Shown: piece by piece, positions 44,625 through 53,222 of the stretch | Position numbering within the stretch: the first letter of the stretch is position 1 | Layout of the letters: each line of letters begins with the position of its first letter | NCBI GenBank assembly: GCA_946496065.1 | Contig: CAMMFF010000007.1 | Location: 1,690 to 65,689 of the forward strand | Length of the DNA: 64,000 bases | From: an uncultured Clostridia bacterium | Lineage (GTDB): Bacteria > Bacillota > Clostridia > Christensenellales > UBA1242 | Direction: 5' to 3' | Program-made: the position numbers and the translations under genes | Notes under the pieces: model-generated | Seen by the model: the letters and a program-made list of their open reading frames with translations, nothing else | Database searches by the model: none | What the model was told of the DNA's origin: nothing

Positions 44625-45503
44625 TTAAATCAAAGTTTTTAGATATTCTTTTAATTGTTTGGAAATGTCAGAGTCTTCAAGAGAAAAATCAATAATACAT
44701 TTGACATATTCAAGTTTGTTTCCACAATCATAATATTTTGCATCAAATTCATAGCATACTGCACGGTTTTTTTGAGCAAGAAGGCTTATTGCATCAGTAA
44801 ATCTGATTTCATTATTGACAAATTTTGGGCATTTGAGAATTTCATCAAAAATTTCGGGAGTAAGAATGTAACGTGCAAGTCCAACCAAATTTGAAGGAGC
44901 TTTTCCTTTTTCTGGTTTTTCTATGATATCTTGCATTTCAAAGCATCTGTCAAACAATTTCTTCTTTGTGACAATTGAAGAATAGTTGTGAATTTTGTCC
45001 ATTGGAAAAGGTTTTGCACCAACAACACATTTCCCTGTTTTTTCATATACTCTTGCAAGTTGACCTATTGCTGGCAATTTTCCTTTTTCTGATTTACATA
45101 AATCATCGCCAAGAATCAACGCAAAAGGTTTGTTTTTAGCCCATCTTTTTATTGCATACAAAGCACCGCCAGAACCATTAAGTTTTCCTTGATATTTGAA
45201 CGAAATATCCATGTTGTCTATGATCTTATTGAAATCTTCAAGCAGATTCAGTTTCCCTGCTTTTTGAAGAAAATTTTCAAGAGATTTGTCTCTTTTTAAA
45301 AATTTTTTGGTATATTTTTTTTCTTTTGAAATGCACAAACAAACTTTCTTAATCCCACTGTTATAAAGTTCTTCCAAGTGATATAGAAGTGCAGGTTTGT
45401 TTTCAATTGGGAACAATTCCTTTGCAATGACTTTTGTTGCGGGAAGAAAACGGGTTCCTTTTCCACCCATTAAAATGACTGCTTGCTCAATTTTTTCAAA
45501 CAT
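44625..45503 (-). CDS. galU: UTP-glucose-1-phosphate uridylyltransferase-like nucleotidyltransferase
   Basis: GGKGTRFLPATKVIAKELFPIENKP signature. Confidence 0.75.
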   Translation of the reverse strand: MFEKIEQAVILMGGKGTRFLPATKVIAKELFPIENKPALLYHLEELYNSGIKKVCLCISKEKKYTKKFLKRDKSLENFLQKAGKLNLLEDFNKIIDNMDISFKYQGKLNGSGGALYAIKRWAKNKPFALILGDDLCKSEKGKLPAIGQLARVYEKTGKCVVGAKPFPMDKIHNYSSIVTKKKLFDRCFEMQDIIEKPEKGKAPSNLVGLARYILTPEIFDEILKCPKFVNNEIRFTDAISLLAQKNRAVCYEFDAKYYDCGNKLEYVKCIIDFSLEDSDISKQLKEYLKTLI

Positions 45504-45554
45504 TAAAACCCCCTTATATTGTTTAGCATGATAAAATTTTATGCTTTTATTGTC

Positions 45555-45590
45555 AAAAAAGAGTCAACATGCAAGAGCTTTGTTAACTCT
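45555..45590 (-). terminator. rho-independent terminator (minus strand)
   Basis: AAGAGTTAAC / GTTGACTCT imperfect stem then T6 on minus strand. Confidence 0.6.
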
Positions 45591-45596
45591 TAAATT

Positions 45597-46586
45597 TTAT
45601 TTTTTCTTTGCTAACGAAACTGCAACAGCAAGAGAAACAGTTGCTCCAACCATTGGGTTGTTGCCCATTCCAATGAAGCCCATCATGGCAACATGTGCAG
45701 GAACGGAAGAAGAACCAGCAAACTGAGCGTCACAATGCATTCTTCCCATTGTGTCTGTCATTCCATAACTTGCAGGGCCACATCTCATGTTGTCAGGGTG
45801 AAGTGTTCTTCCTGTCCCACCGCCAGAGGCAACAGAAAAATATTTCTTTCCATTGTCTATACACCATTTTTTGTATGTTCCAGCAACAGGGTGTTGAAAA
45901 CGAGTTGGGTTTGTGGAGTTTCCTGTGATTGAAACATCAACACCTTCGTGTTGCATGATTGCCACACCTTCAGAGACATCATAAGCGCCATAGATTTTGA
46001 CCTTCCCTCTTTCGCCACTTCCAAACGCAATTTCTTCCAAAATGTTCAATTTTTGTTCGTCGTGTTCAAAATAAGTTTTAACAAAAGTGAAACCATTAAC
46101 TCTGGCGATGATGTATGCAGCATCTTTCCCAAGACCATTCAGAATGATTTTGAGTGGTGTTTTTCTGATTTTGTTTGCTGTCTTTGCAATTCCCATTGCA
46201 CCTTCGGCAGCGGCAAAACTTTCATGCCCTGCCAAGAAGCAGAAACATTTTGTGTTTTCGTCCAAAAGTCTTCCAGCAAGGCGACCATGTCCAAGTCCAA
46301 TTTTTCTTTCATCTGCAACAGAGCCTTTCACACAAAAAGCCTGCAAGCCTTCACCAATTTTTTCAGCATATTCACTTGCACTTTTGCAGTTTGATTTCAA
46401 AGCAATTGCAGTGCCAAGAGCATAGGCATCAACTGCATTGTCAAAGCAGATTGGTTGAATTTCACGAACGATTTTTTCAACATCAATACCATATGAATTG
46501 CAAAAATCTTTGGCATCTTGAATGTTTTTGAGTCCATTATCTTTCAATGCTTTTGAAAGGTATGCGTATTTTGTGATTTCTTCCAT
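45597..46586 (-). CDS. GGGtGRT-family protein (function unknown)
   Basis: Literal SVASGGGTGRTLHPDN motif; ~330 aa. Confidence 0.8.
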   Translation of the reverse strand: MEEITKYAYLSKALKDNGLKNIQDAKDFCNSYGIDVEKIVREIQPICFDNAVDAYALGTAIALKSNCKSASEYAEKIGEGLQAFCVKGSVADERKIGLGHGRLAGRLLDENTKCFCFLAGHESFAAAEGAMGIAKTANKIRKTPLKIILNGLGKDAAYIIARVNGFTFVKTYFEHDEQKLNILEEIAFGSGERGKVKIYGAYDVSEGVAIMQHEGVDVSITGNSTNPTRFQHPVAGTYKKWCIDNGKKYFSVASGGGTGRTLHPDNMRCGPASYGMTDTMGRMHCDAQFAGSSSVPAHVAMMGFIGMGNNPMVGATVSLAVAVSLAKKK

Positions 46587-46588
46587 AA

Positions 46589-47281
46589 TTATTCTCCTCT
46601 TGGATTGATGACTTTCTTCGCTTCATCAAATCTTCCATAATGTTTGGTCGACTTTTCAATTGCTTCTGCTTTTGTCAAACTTTCATCATTAAGATTTTTA
46701 AGGAGCAGTCCCAAGTTGACATATTCATATCCAATTACTTCTCCAGTTTCATCAAGAGCCATTTTTGTGATGTATCCTTCTGTGAGATTCAAGTATTTAA
46801 CTCCACCATTTTCGGTTGAAACAATCGTTCCGACTTGGCTTGTTTTGTATTTCCCAAGGTCTTCCATGCTTGCACCAACTTCAAGACCACCAAGAGAGAA
46901 AGCAGATTGACTTCTTCCATAGACAAGTTGTTCAAAGATGTTTTTCATTGCATCGTTGATGGCATCACAAACAAGGTCGGTGTTGAGTGCTTCCAAAAGA
47001 GTTTTTCCAACCAAGATTTCTCCAGCCATTGCGGCAGAATGGGTCATTCCGGAGCAACCGATTGTTTCTACGAGTGCTTCTTTGATTATTCCGTTTTTCA
47101 CGTTGAGTGTAAGTTTGCAAGTTCCTTGTTGAGGAGCACAAGCACCACAGCCGTGTGAGAAACCAGAAATTTGAGTTATTTCTTTAACTTGGTCCCATTT
47201 TCCTTCTTGTGGAATTGGAGATGGGCCAAAGCCGTGCATATTTTTGACACAGCAATCTGAGTTTTTGTTGTTCTTTTCCAT
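46589..47281 (-). CDS. NifU/IscU-N-like Cys-containing protein partnered with GGGtGRT
   Basis: HGCGACAP and GCSGMTHSAAMAGE motifs; stop 2 nt from next ATG. Confidence 0.7.
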   Translation of the reverse strand: MEKNNKNSDCCVKNMHGFGPSPIPQEGKWDQVKEITQISGFSHGCGACAPQQGTCKLTLNVKNGIIKEALVETIGCSGMTHSAAMAGEILVGKTLLEALNTDLVCDAINDAMKNIFEQLVYGRSQSAFSLGGLEVGASMEDLGKYKTSQVGTIVSTENGGVKYLNLTEGYITKMALDETGEVIGYEYVNLGLLLKNLNDESLTKAEAIEKSTKHYGRFDEAKKVINPRGE

Positions 47282-47342
47282 AATATCTCCTTTCGTCTAA
47301 GTATAGCATTATACTCTTCAAAAATTCAAATGATTTTGGGTA

Positions 47343-47371
47343 TTGACTACACAAAAATTGTGTGATAAGAT
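47343..47371 (+). promoter_or_regulatory. promoter TTGACT-17-(TGa)TAAGAT with ACACA-N5-TGTGT repeat in the spacer
   Basis: Read directly. Confidence 0.45.
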
Positions 47372-47395
47372 TAGAAACGAAAAAGGAGTAAATGT

Positions 47396-47794
47396 ATGAA
47401 TAAAGACAAAAAAACTTTGGCAAGTTTGGATATAGATGCAGAGACTTATTATAGCCTTAGAAAAATCATGGAAGCCTTAAAGAAACCTTTGAATGTTGGT
47501 GGATTGAAAGAAGTTGGACTTGTTGGTCTTTATGATTTTGATGTTGTGCCAGAATATTTTTCTGCAAAAAAATTGGACAAACTTTTGACAGCTTTGGAAG
47601 AAGAAGGAATTGAACTTTCCATGTCCGAGCAAGAACTTGAATCTTTGGACTTCAGTTGGAATGACAACAACGACGACAGACTACATTTGGGAAAGGTGTT
47701 GATTGATCACGGAGCATTGTTGATGGAAGATGAAGAACAACAAGTTTTGGCAACACCAAAACAACAAAAAGAAGTTTCAAGAGATAGAGGTTAA
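47396..47794 (+). CDS. acidic hypothetical protein
   Basis: AAGGAG SD; 132 aa. Confidence 0.65.
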   Translation: MNKDKKTLASLDIDAETYYSLRKIMEALKKPLNVGGLKEVGLVGLYDFDVVPEYFSAKKLDKLLTALEEEGIELSMSEQELESLDFSWNDNNDDRLHLGKVLIDHGALLMEDEEQQVLATPKQQKEVSRDRG

Positions 47795-47800
47795 ATTTGT

Positions 47801-47829
47801 TTGACAAAAGCAAATTTTGATGTTAAAAT
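47801..47829 (+). promoter_or_regulatory. promoter TTGACA-17-(TGt)TAAAAT of the T-box leader
   Basis: Consensus hexamers and spacing. Confidence 0.75.
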
Positions 47830-47835
47830 TTGCAC

Positions 47836-48058
47836 ATAATCAAAATGGCGGAGTAAGAAAAGTAGGTTTAAGTTTGACCTTTCAGAGAAAGATTGGTTGG
47901 TGAAAAATCTTGGGAAACTTAAAGTTGAATTACACTTATTTCAAGTTTTGCGTCAGTCCACGAACGGACATAAATAGGGTTGAAAAATTTTCAATCGAAT
48001 TGGGTTGGTACCACGAACGCACGCTTCGTCCCAAAATTTGGGATTTTGCGTGCTTTTT
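47836..48058 (+). promoter_or_regulatory. T-box riboswitch leader, Tyr specifier (UAC at 47931-47933)
   Basis: AGAGA and GGTTGGTG stem-I elements, GAAT-TAC-ACTT specifier context, T-box AATTGGGTTGGTACCACG, terminator GCACGC...GCGTGCTTTTTT. Confidence 0.85.
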
Positions 48059-48064
48059 TGTTAG

Positions 48065-48850
48065 GTGACTATGATAACGAAAAAAGAGTTTCCGATTTTG
48101 GAGAGAGATAGTTGCAAAGATGGTTTGATTTTGAACAAGTTTGATGATCTTGGTCTTGATGTATCAACGCCAATACCACAAAAAGCACTATTGCTTTTTC
48201 TGAAAGAGAATGTGATCAAAGATTTCGTTGAAAAAAATAATGGTGTTTCTATTATTCTTCACAAAACTATTTCAAACAACTATCAACTCTGGTCAGTGAA
48301 ATATAAAGGCGAAGACATTTGCATTTGTCAAGCGGGTGTGGGGGCACCTGTTGCTGCACAAATTTTGGATTACATGATTGGACATGGTGCCAAGAAAATT
48401 GTAGCTTGTGGGTCTTGTGGGGTTTTGAAACATGTTGATGAAGGTGCTTTTTTAGTTCCAGTTAAGGCTCTAAGAGATGAGGGTGTGTCATATAAATATC
48501 TTTCACCGACAAGATTTGTTAATCTTGATTCAAAATTTATTAAATCCATTGAAAAGACTTTCAAACGCATTGGAATTCATTATGAGAAATGTGTCACATG
48601 GACAATTGATTCAATATTTCGGGAAACAAAAAACATGATTGCCTACCGCAAAGAAGAAGGTTGTGATGTTGTTGAAATGGAGTGTGCTTCTCTTGCAAGC
48701 GTAGCAAAATTTAGAAAAATAAGTTTTGGTCAAATTTTGTTTGCTGCTGATAGTTTGGCAAATACAAAAAAATACGATGCAAGAAATTTTGGAGTTGATT
48801 CTCACGAGATTGTTCTCAACATTTGCTTGGAAGTAATTTCAGATTTTTAA
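48065..48850 (+). CDS. PNP/UDP-family nucleoside phosphorylase-like protein
   Basis: QAGVGAPVAAQ, VVEMECASLA motifs; start GTG 48065 or ATG 48071. Confidence 0.7.
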   Translation: MTMITKKEFPILERDSCKDGLILNKFDDLGLDVSTPIPQKALLLFLKENVIKDFVEKNNGVSIILHKTISNNYQLWSVKYKGEDICICQAGVGAPVAAQILDYMIGHGAKKIVACGSCGVLKHVDEGAFLVPVKALRDEGVSYKYLSPTRFVNLDSKFIKSIEKTFKRIGIHYEKCVTWTIDSIFRETKNMIAYRKEEGCDVVEMECASLASVAKFRKISFGQILFAADSLANTKKYDARNFGVDSHEIVLNICLEVISDF

Positions 48851-48895
48851 AGGTTGATTTAAGTATTTTTAGAAAACTAAAAGGAGAAAAAAGAA

Positions 48896-50131
48896 ATGAA
48901 TAAAATTGAAAGATCGACATTATTCGAAACATTAAAGGAAAGAGGATATGTTTATCAAATGTCAAATGAAGAAAACGTAAGAAGGATTGTCAATGGAAAA
49001 CCAACAACTGTTTATGTTGGAATTGATCCAACGGCTGACAGTTTGCATATTGGACATTTTTTTTCTTTGATGATGATAAAATATTTTCAAGATGCTGGAC
49101 ACCATGTAATTATTTTGATTGGTGGAGCAACAGCAATGGTTGGGGATCCAAGTGGAAGAACTGACATGAGAAAGATGTTGACAGAAGAGCAAGTTCAACA
49201 TAATCTAAATGAAGTTAAAACTTTGGTAGAAAAATTTGTTGATACAACAGGGGAAAACCCAGCACGAATTGTCAGCAATGCAGAATGGTTTAAGGGATAT
49301 GACTATGTCAATTTCATGAGAGATGTTGGGACATATTTCAATGTTAACAAAATGCTTTCAAATGATGCTTATGCAAGAAGACTTGAAGAAGGCGGTTTGA
49401 CATTTCTGGAAATGGGTTATATGCTTATGCAGGCGTATGATTTTGTTTATCTCAACAAAAAATATGGTTGCAATTTGCAAATCGGAGGCTCTGACCAATG
49501 GGGAAATATGGTCGCTGGCACAGAACTTGGTAGAAAGATGTCTTTTGCAGATGGGAAAAAACTGGAACTTGAATGTTTAACTTGTCCACTTTTGACAAAT
49601 TCTGAAGGACAAAAAATGGGGAAAACTGCAAAAGGTGCTCTTTGGGTAGCGAGAGAAAAAACAAGTGTATTTGATTTTTATCAATATTTCTATAATGTTC
49701 AAGACAAAGATGTTCCAACACTTTTAAGACTTTTCACAAGGATTCCATTAAAAGAGATTGAAGATCTTGTTTCTGCGAATATTATTGAAGCGAAAAAGAG
49801 AATGGCTTTTGAGATCACAAAACTTGTGCATGGTGAAACCGCTGCAAAAGAAGCCTTAGATATGGCACAAAATTTGTTTGTTAATGGCGGTGATGACGCT
49901 CCTGTTGTTGAAGTTGAAAAAGCAGAATTTCCAATGATGATTTGTGACCTTGTTTTCAAATGTGGACTGGCACCATCAAAGAGCGAAGCAAGAAGATTGA
50001 TTCAAGGCGGGGCAATAACTTTCAAAAATGAGAAAGTTGCAAAATTTGATATTCAGGTGACAGCAGAAAATGCAAATGATGCACTCATCAAAAAAGGGAA
50101 GAAAAACTTTATCAAAATTGCAGTTAAGTGA
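48896..50131 (+). CDS. tyrS: tyrosyl-tRNA synthetase
   Basis: HIGH (SLHIGH), KMGKT (KMSKS-type), C-terminal S4 domain. Confidence 0.95.
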   Translation: MNKIERSTLFETLKERGYVYQMSNEENVRRIVNGKPTTVYVGIDPTADSLHIGHFFSLMMIKYFQDAGHHVIILIGGATAMVGDPSGRTDMRKMLTEEQVQHNLNEVKTLVEKFVDTTGENPARIVSNAEWFKGYDYVNFMRDVGTYFNVNKMLSNDAYARRLEEGGLTFLEMGYMLMQAYDFVYLNKKYGCNLQIGGSDQWGNMVAGTELGRKMSFADGKKLELECLTCPLLTNSEGQKMGKTAKGALWVAREKTSVFDFYQYFYNVQDKDVPTLLRLFTRIPLKEIEDLVSANIIEAKKRMAFEITKLVHGETAAKEALDMAQNLFVNGGDDAPVVEVEKAEFPMMICDLVFKCGLAPSKSEARRLIQGGAITFKNEKVAKFDIQVTAENANDALIKKGKKNFIKIAVK

Positions 50132-50145
50132 ATTGAATAAAAAAT

Positions 50146-50175
50146 AAAAAGTCCAAATTTCGTGGACTTTTTTTA
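50146..50175. terminator. bidirectional rho-independent terminator
   Basis: AAAAAGTCCA / TGGACTTTTT. Confidence 0.8.
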
Positions 50176-50183
50176 TTGTGAAA

Positions 50184-51014
50184 TCATTTTTCAATATATG
50201 CAAGACCAAAGCAACCGGGTCCAACATGGGTGCCAATGACTGGACCGATCTCATCAATTCTGTCTTGATTGATTTTGAAATTGTTTTGAAGATCTTGTTT
50301 CATTTCAAAGAATCTTTTTCTATCATTAGAGTGACCTAAAGAAATTTCTTTTTCTAAGTCAATATTGTTGATATGCTTAATCAGAGTTTTGAGTGCGTTG
50401 TTATAACCAATTGCCTTTGACAAAACCTTAAGTTTTCCGTCAACAATATGAACAATTGGTTTGATGTTGAGAGCGGTTACAGCAATTCCAGCAATCAGTG
50501 AAAGTCTGCCACCTTTGATGAGATATTTTACATTGTCAATGACTGCCATAAGTCTGCATTTTTCTCTCAAAGTTTCCATTTGGGTTTTGATTTCTTCAAG
50601 AGAAAGACCTTTGTTTATCAATTTGACTGCTTCATAAACCAAAACTTTGTAACCCAATGTGACTGTTTTTGTGTCAAAAATCTCAAGATTTGGAGAGTTC
50701 AGCTCTTCGCTGGCAAGTCTTAGACTGTTGAAAGAACCTGAAAGACCACTTGAAAGTGCCATAACAAAAACCTCATCACCATTGTCCAGGATTGGTTTGA
50801 TGGTGTTGATGTATTCATCTTGATTTATTTGGGTTGTATGTGGAAGATTTTTGCAGGTTTTAAGTAAACTAAAAAATGTTTCATCATCAAGATTGACACC
50901 TGCGAGATATTCTTTTTCATTAATACAAACTTTCATAGGAATCACAGTGACTCCCAAATCTTTTGCTTCTTGTGCGGTTAGGTCCGCTGTGCTGTCAATA
51001 ACTAATTTAATCAT
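50184..51014 (-). CDS. DegV-family fatty-acid-binding protein
   Basis: MIKLVIDSTADL..., SSGLSGS, GGR motifs. Confidence 0.85.
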   Translation of the reverse strand: MIKLVIDSTADLTAQEAKDLGVTVIPMKVCINEKEYLAGVNLDDETFFSLLKTCKNLPHTTQINQDEYINTIKPILDNGDEVFVMALSSGLSGSFNSLRLASEELNSPNLEIFDTKTVTLGYKVLVYEAVKLINKGLSLEEIKTQMETLREKCRLMAVIDNVKYLIKGGRLSLIAGIAVTALNIKPIVHIVDGKLKVLSKAIGYNNALKTLIKHINNIDLEKEISLGHSNDRKRFFEMKQDLQNNFKINQDRIDEIGPVIGTHVGPGCFGLAYIEK

Positions 51015-51051
51015 ATTTTTCTGCCTTTTGTTTGATTTTCAAGTTTCAAAG

Positions 51052-51067
51052 TGTTACACTTGTAACA
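51052..51067. promoter_or_regulatory. 16-bp palindrome TGTTACActTGTAACA, candidate TetR operator
   Basis: Perfect 7+2+7 inverted repeat in the degV/tetR divergent spacer. Confidence 0.5.
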
Positions 51068-51146
51068 GATGGTATTTTAGCAATGTTTATACCTAAAATC
51101 AACTTAAAAAATTCAATTTTTACGTAATGTGATAAAAGGGGACAAA

Positions 51147-51695
51147 ATGTATCAGTTTAAAGCAAGGAAGAACAAAAACAATCTTTTTGTCAGAGATTGC
51201 ATAACTCAGGCTTTGTTTGAACTTTTGAAGAAAAATAATTTTGAAGATATAACAGTGACGGACATAATCAACAAGTCAGGGGTGAGCAGAATGGGGTTCT
51301 ATCGCAATTTTTCCACCAAAGAAAATGTTATTGAGGACTATATCCTTGACATTTTTGTGGAAACCATTGAAGAGATAAGAGCAAAACGAGAGTTGGACTT
51401 CAGTATAAGCAGAGTTATGACAACAACACTGGAAAACTTCAAAAAATATGCGGACATAATTCAGCTGTTTTTGGATAAGGGCATGGAGTTTTTGCTTTAT
51501 GATTGCTATCAAAAAGCATATTTCATTCTCAGTGAAAGCAGAAAACAAAAATCATCACACATCAGAGATTATTCCGAGCAGATGTTCATTGGAGAGTTGT
51601 TCAGTTTGGAAATGTGTTGGCTGAAAAGTGGAATGAAAGAAACCCCAGAAGAACTTGCGAGAATATACAGATTGATTCACCTGTCAAGAAAATGA
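51147..51695 (+). CDS. TetR/AcrR-family transcriptional regulator
   Basis: N-terminal HTH ITVTDIINKSGVSRMGFYRNFSTKENV; ATG after AAGGGGA. Confidence 0.85.
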   Translation: MYQFKARKNKNNLFVRDCITQALFELLKKNNFEDITVTDIINKSGVSRMGFYRNFSTKENVIEDYILDIFVETIEEIRAKRELDFSISRVMTTTLENFKKYADIIQLFLDKGMEFLLYDCYQKAYFILSESRKQKSSHIRDYSEQMFIGELFSLEMCWLKSGMKETPEELARIYRLIHLSRK

Positions 51696-51696
51696 A

Positions 51697-51924
51697 TCAG
51701 TTGACCAAGTCGCTGAAATCAACACTCATTGTTCTAGCAATTTTCAGCACCCAAATTGGTTCAAAATATGAACGATTGTGCAAAACTTTTTGAAGTTCTT
51801 TCAAAATCAAATGACACTTTTGAGCAAATTGCTCTTCTGTCAAATTATGTTTTTTCATATATTCTTTAATTTTTTGAATTCTAATTGTATTCTCAAAAGT
51901 AATTTCGTTTTTATCTTTTTTCAT
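51697..51924 (-). CDS. small HTH DNA-binding protein (XRE-like)
   Basis: 75 aa; LTEEQFAQKCHLILKELQKV HTH-like; GGAGAAAT SD. Confidence 0.65.
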   Translation of the reverse strand: MKKDKNEITFENTIRIQKIKEYMKKHNLTEEQFAQKCHLILKELQKVLHNRSYFEPIWVLKIARTMSVDFSDLVN

Positions 51925-51941
51925 AATATTTCTCCGTTATA

Positions 51942-52008
51942 ATACCTTTTGGTATTATAATATCAATACCGTATGGTATCAGTCAAGCAATTTGATACCA
52001 AATGGTAT
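51942..52008. promoter_or_regulatory. three ATACC-N4-GGTAT operator-like palindromes (51942-55, 51966-79, 51995-52008)
   Basis: Three exact copies of the half-sites, outer two overlapping TATAAT boxes of the divergent promoters. Confidence 0.7.
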
Positions 52009-52033
52009 ATAATTTTCATATAAGGAGAACTAT

Positions 52034-52237
52034 ATGAAAATATTTGCCGAAAGGTTGAAAGATTTAAGAACTGAAGCCGGACTTTCAACAAAAAAAATGG
52101 GCGAGAAAATTGGTGTCAGTGATGCTTGTATAAGTCGTTGGGAGAGAGATTTGAGAGAACCAAGTTTGGAGAACGCAAAACAAATTGCCATCTTTTTCAA
52201 GGTGTCAACAGACTATTTGTGTGGATTGGAGGATTGA
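52034..52237 (+). CDS. XRE-family HTH transcriptional regulator
   Basis: LSTKKMGEKIGVSDACISRWERDLREPS; AAGGAG SD. Confidence 0.85.
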   Translation: MKIFAERLKDLRTEAGLSTKKMGEKIGVSDACISRWERDLREPSLENAKQIAIFFKVSTDYLCGLED

Positions 52238-52593
52238 TGACCACATTTGCAAAAGAAATTGAATATGTTGAAAAGAAATCGAGATTCATCGGTTATCTTT
52301 TGAGATGCACAAGTGTGGAAGAAGTTCAGTCTGCGCTTTCAGAACTTCGGGCGGAACATAAAAAGGCGACACATATTTGTTATGCATATTCTCTCAAAAA
52401 TCCTTTCATGGAAAAAGCAGTTGATGACGGCGAGCCGGGAGGGACTGCAGGGCGACCGATTCTTTCAGTAATTCAAAAAAAAGGGGTCACAGACACCTGC
52501 GTGTTTGTTGTCAGATATTTTGGCGGAATAAAACTCGGAGCTGGTGGACTTGTGAGAGCATACACAAAAACAACAAGCGAGGTGCTTAAATGA
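52237..52593 (+). CDS. yigZ: IMPACT/YigZ-family N-terminal-domain protein
   Basis: KKSRFIGYL...HICYAY...DDGEPGGTAGRPIL...VVRYFGGIKLGAGGLVRAY; TGATG overlap with XRE gene. Confidence 0.8.
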   Translation: MTTFAKEIEYVEKKSRFIGYLLRCTSVEEVQSALSELRAEHKKATHICYAYSLKNPFMEKAVDDGEPGGTAGRPILSVIQKKGVTDTCVFVVRYFGGIKLGAGGLVRAYTKTTSEVLK

Positions 52594-53222
52594 CAATCAC
52601 AAAAATCAAACGAATTGGGAGCACAAATCGTTTTCATGTCTATGTTGATGAAAAGTGGAGTGGAATTTTTCTTGATGAAATTTTGGCTTTTTATCACTTT
52701 AAGACTGACATGGAAATTGACGAAGACGAATTTAAAACAATTAAGTCCGAGAATGATGAAAAAGTCGCTTTTGATATGGCGGTTTCCTATCTTGAAAAGT
52801 ATGTTGTCAGTGAGAAAGGGTTGAAAGGCTATTTGAAAAAGAAGTCCTTTGATGGGAAAGTCATTGCCAAAACTGTTGAAAAATTGCGAGAGTATGGCTT
52901 TATTGATGATGAGAAATTTGCAAAGAACTATTTTGAAAGTTTGAGCACAAGCAAAGGGAAACGAGCAATCGCAAACAAGTTGAGAGAAAAAGGAGTTTCT
53001 GCAGAAATTATCGAAAATTTGCTGGAAAATGTCGATGAAGAATCTCAGATTGAAATGGCAACAACGCTTGCTGAAAAATTCGTGAAAAATCGTCAAATTG
53101 ACACAAAATTAAAACAAAAATGCCTTGCTCATCTGATTTACAAGGGGTATGATTATAGCGTGGCACAAAAAGCAACGAAAAATGCCCTTCAAAACTTAGG
53201 AGAAAATGATGATTGGATTTGA
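52590..53222 (+). CDS. recX: recombination regulator RecX
   Basis: Three-repeat helical protein, ...YGFIDDEKFAKNYFES...; ATGA overlap. Confidence 0.75.
   Translation: MTITKIKRIGSTNRFHVYVDEKWSGIFLDEILAFYHFKTDMEIDEDEFKTIKSENDEKVAFDMAVSYLEKYVVSEKGLKGYLKKKSFDGKVIAKTVEKLREYGFIDDEKFAKNYFESLSTSKGKRAIANKLREKGVSAEIIENLLENVDEESQIEMATTLAEKFVKNRQIDTKLKQKCLAHLIYKGYDYSVAQKATKNALQNLGENDDWI

Noticed and set aside
45541-47158. Several plus-strand ORFs of 61-148 aa overlapping the GGGtGRT and NifU-like genes.
   Set aside because: They are shadow ORFs opposite two genes with clear family motifs and coupled SDs, and none has an SD of its own.
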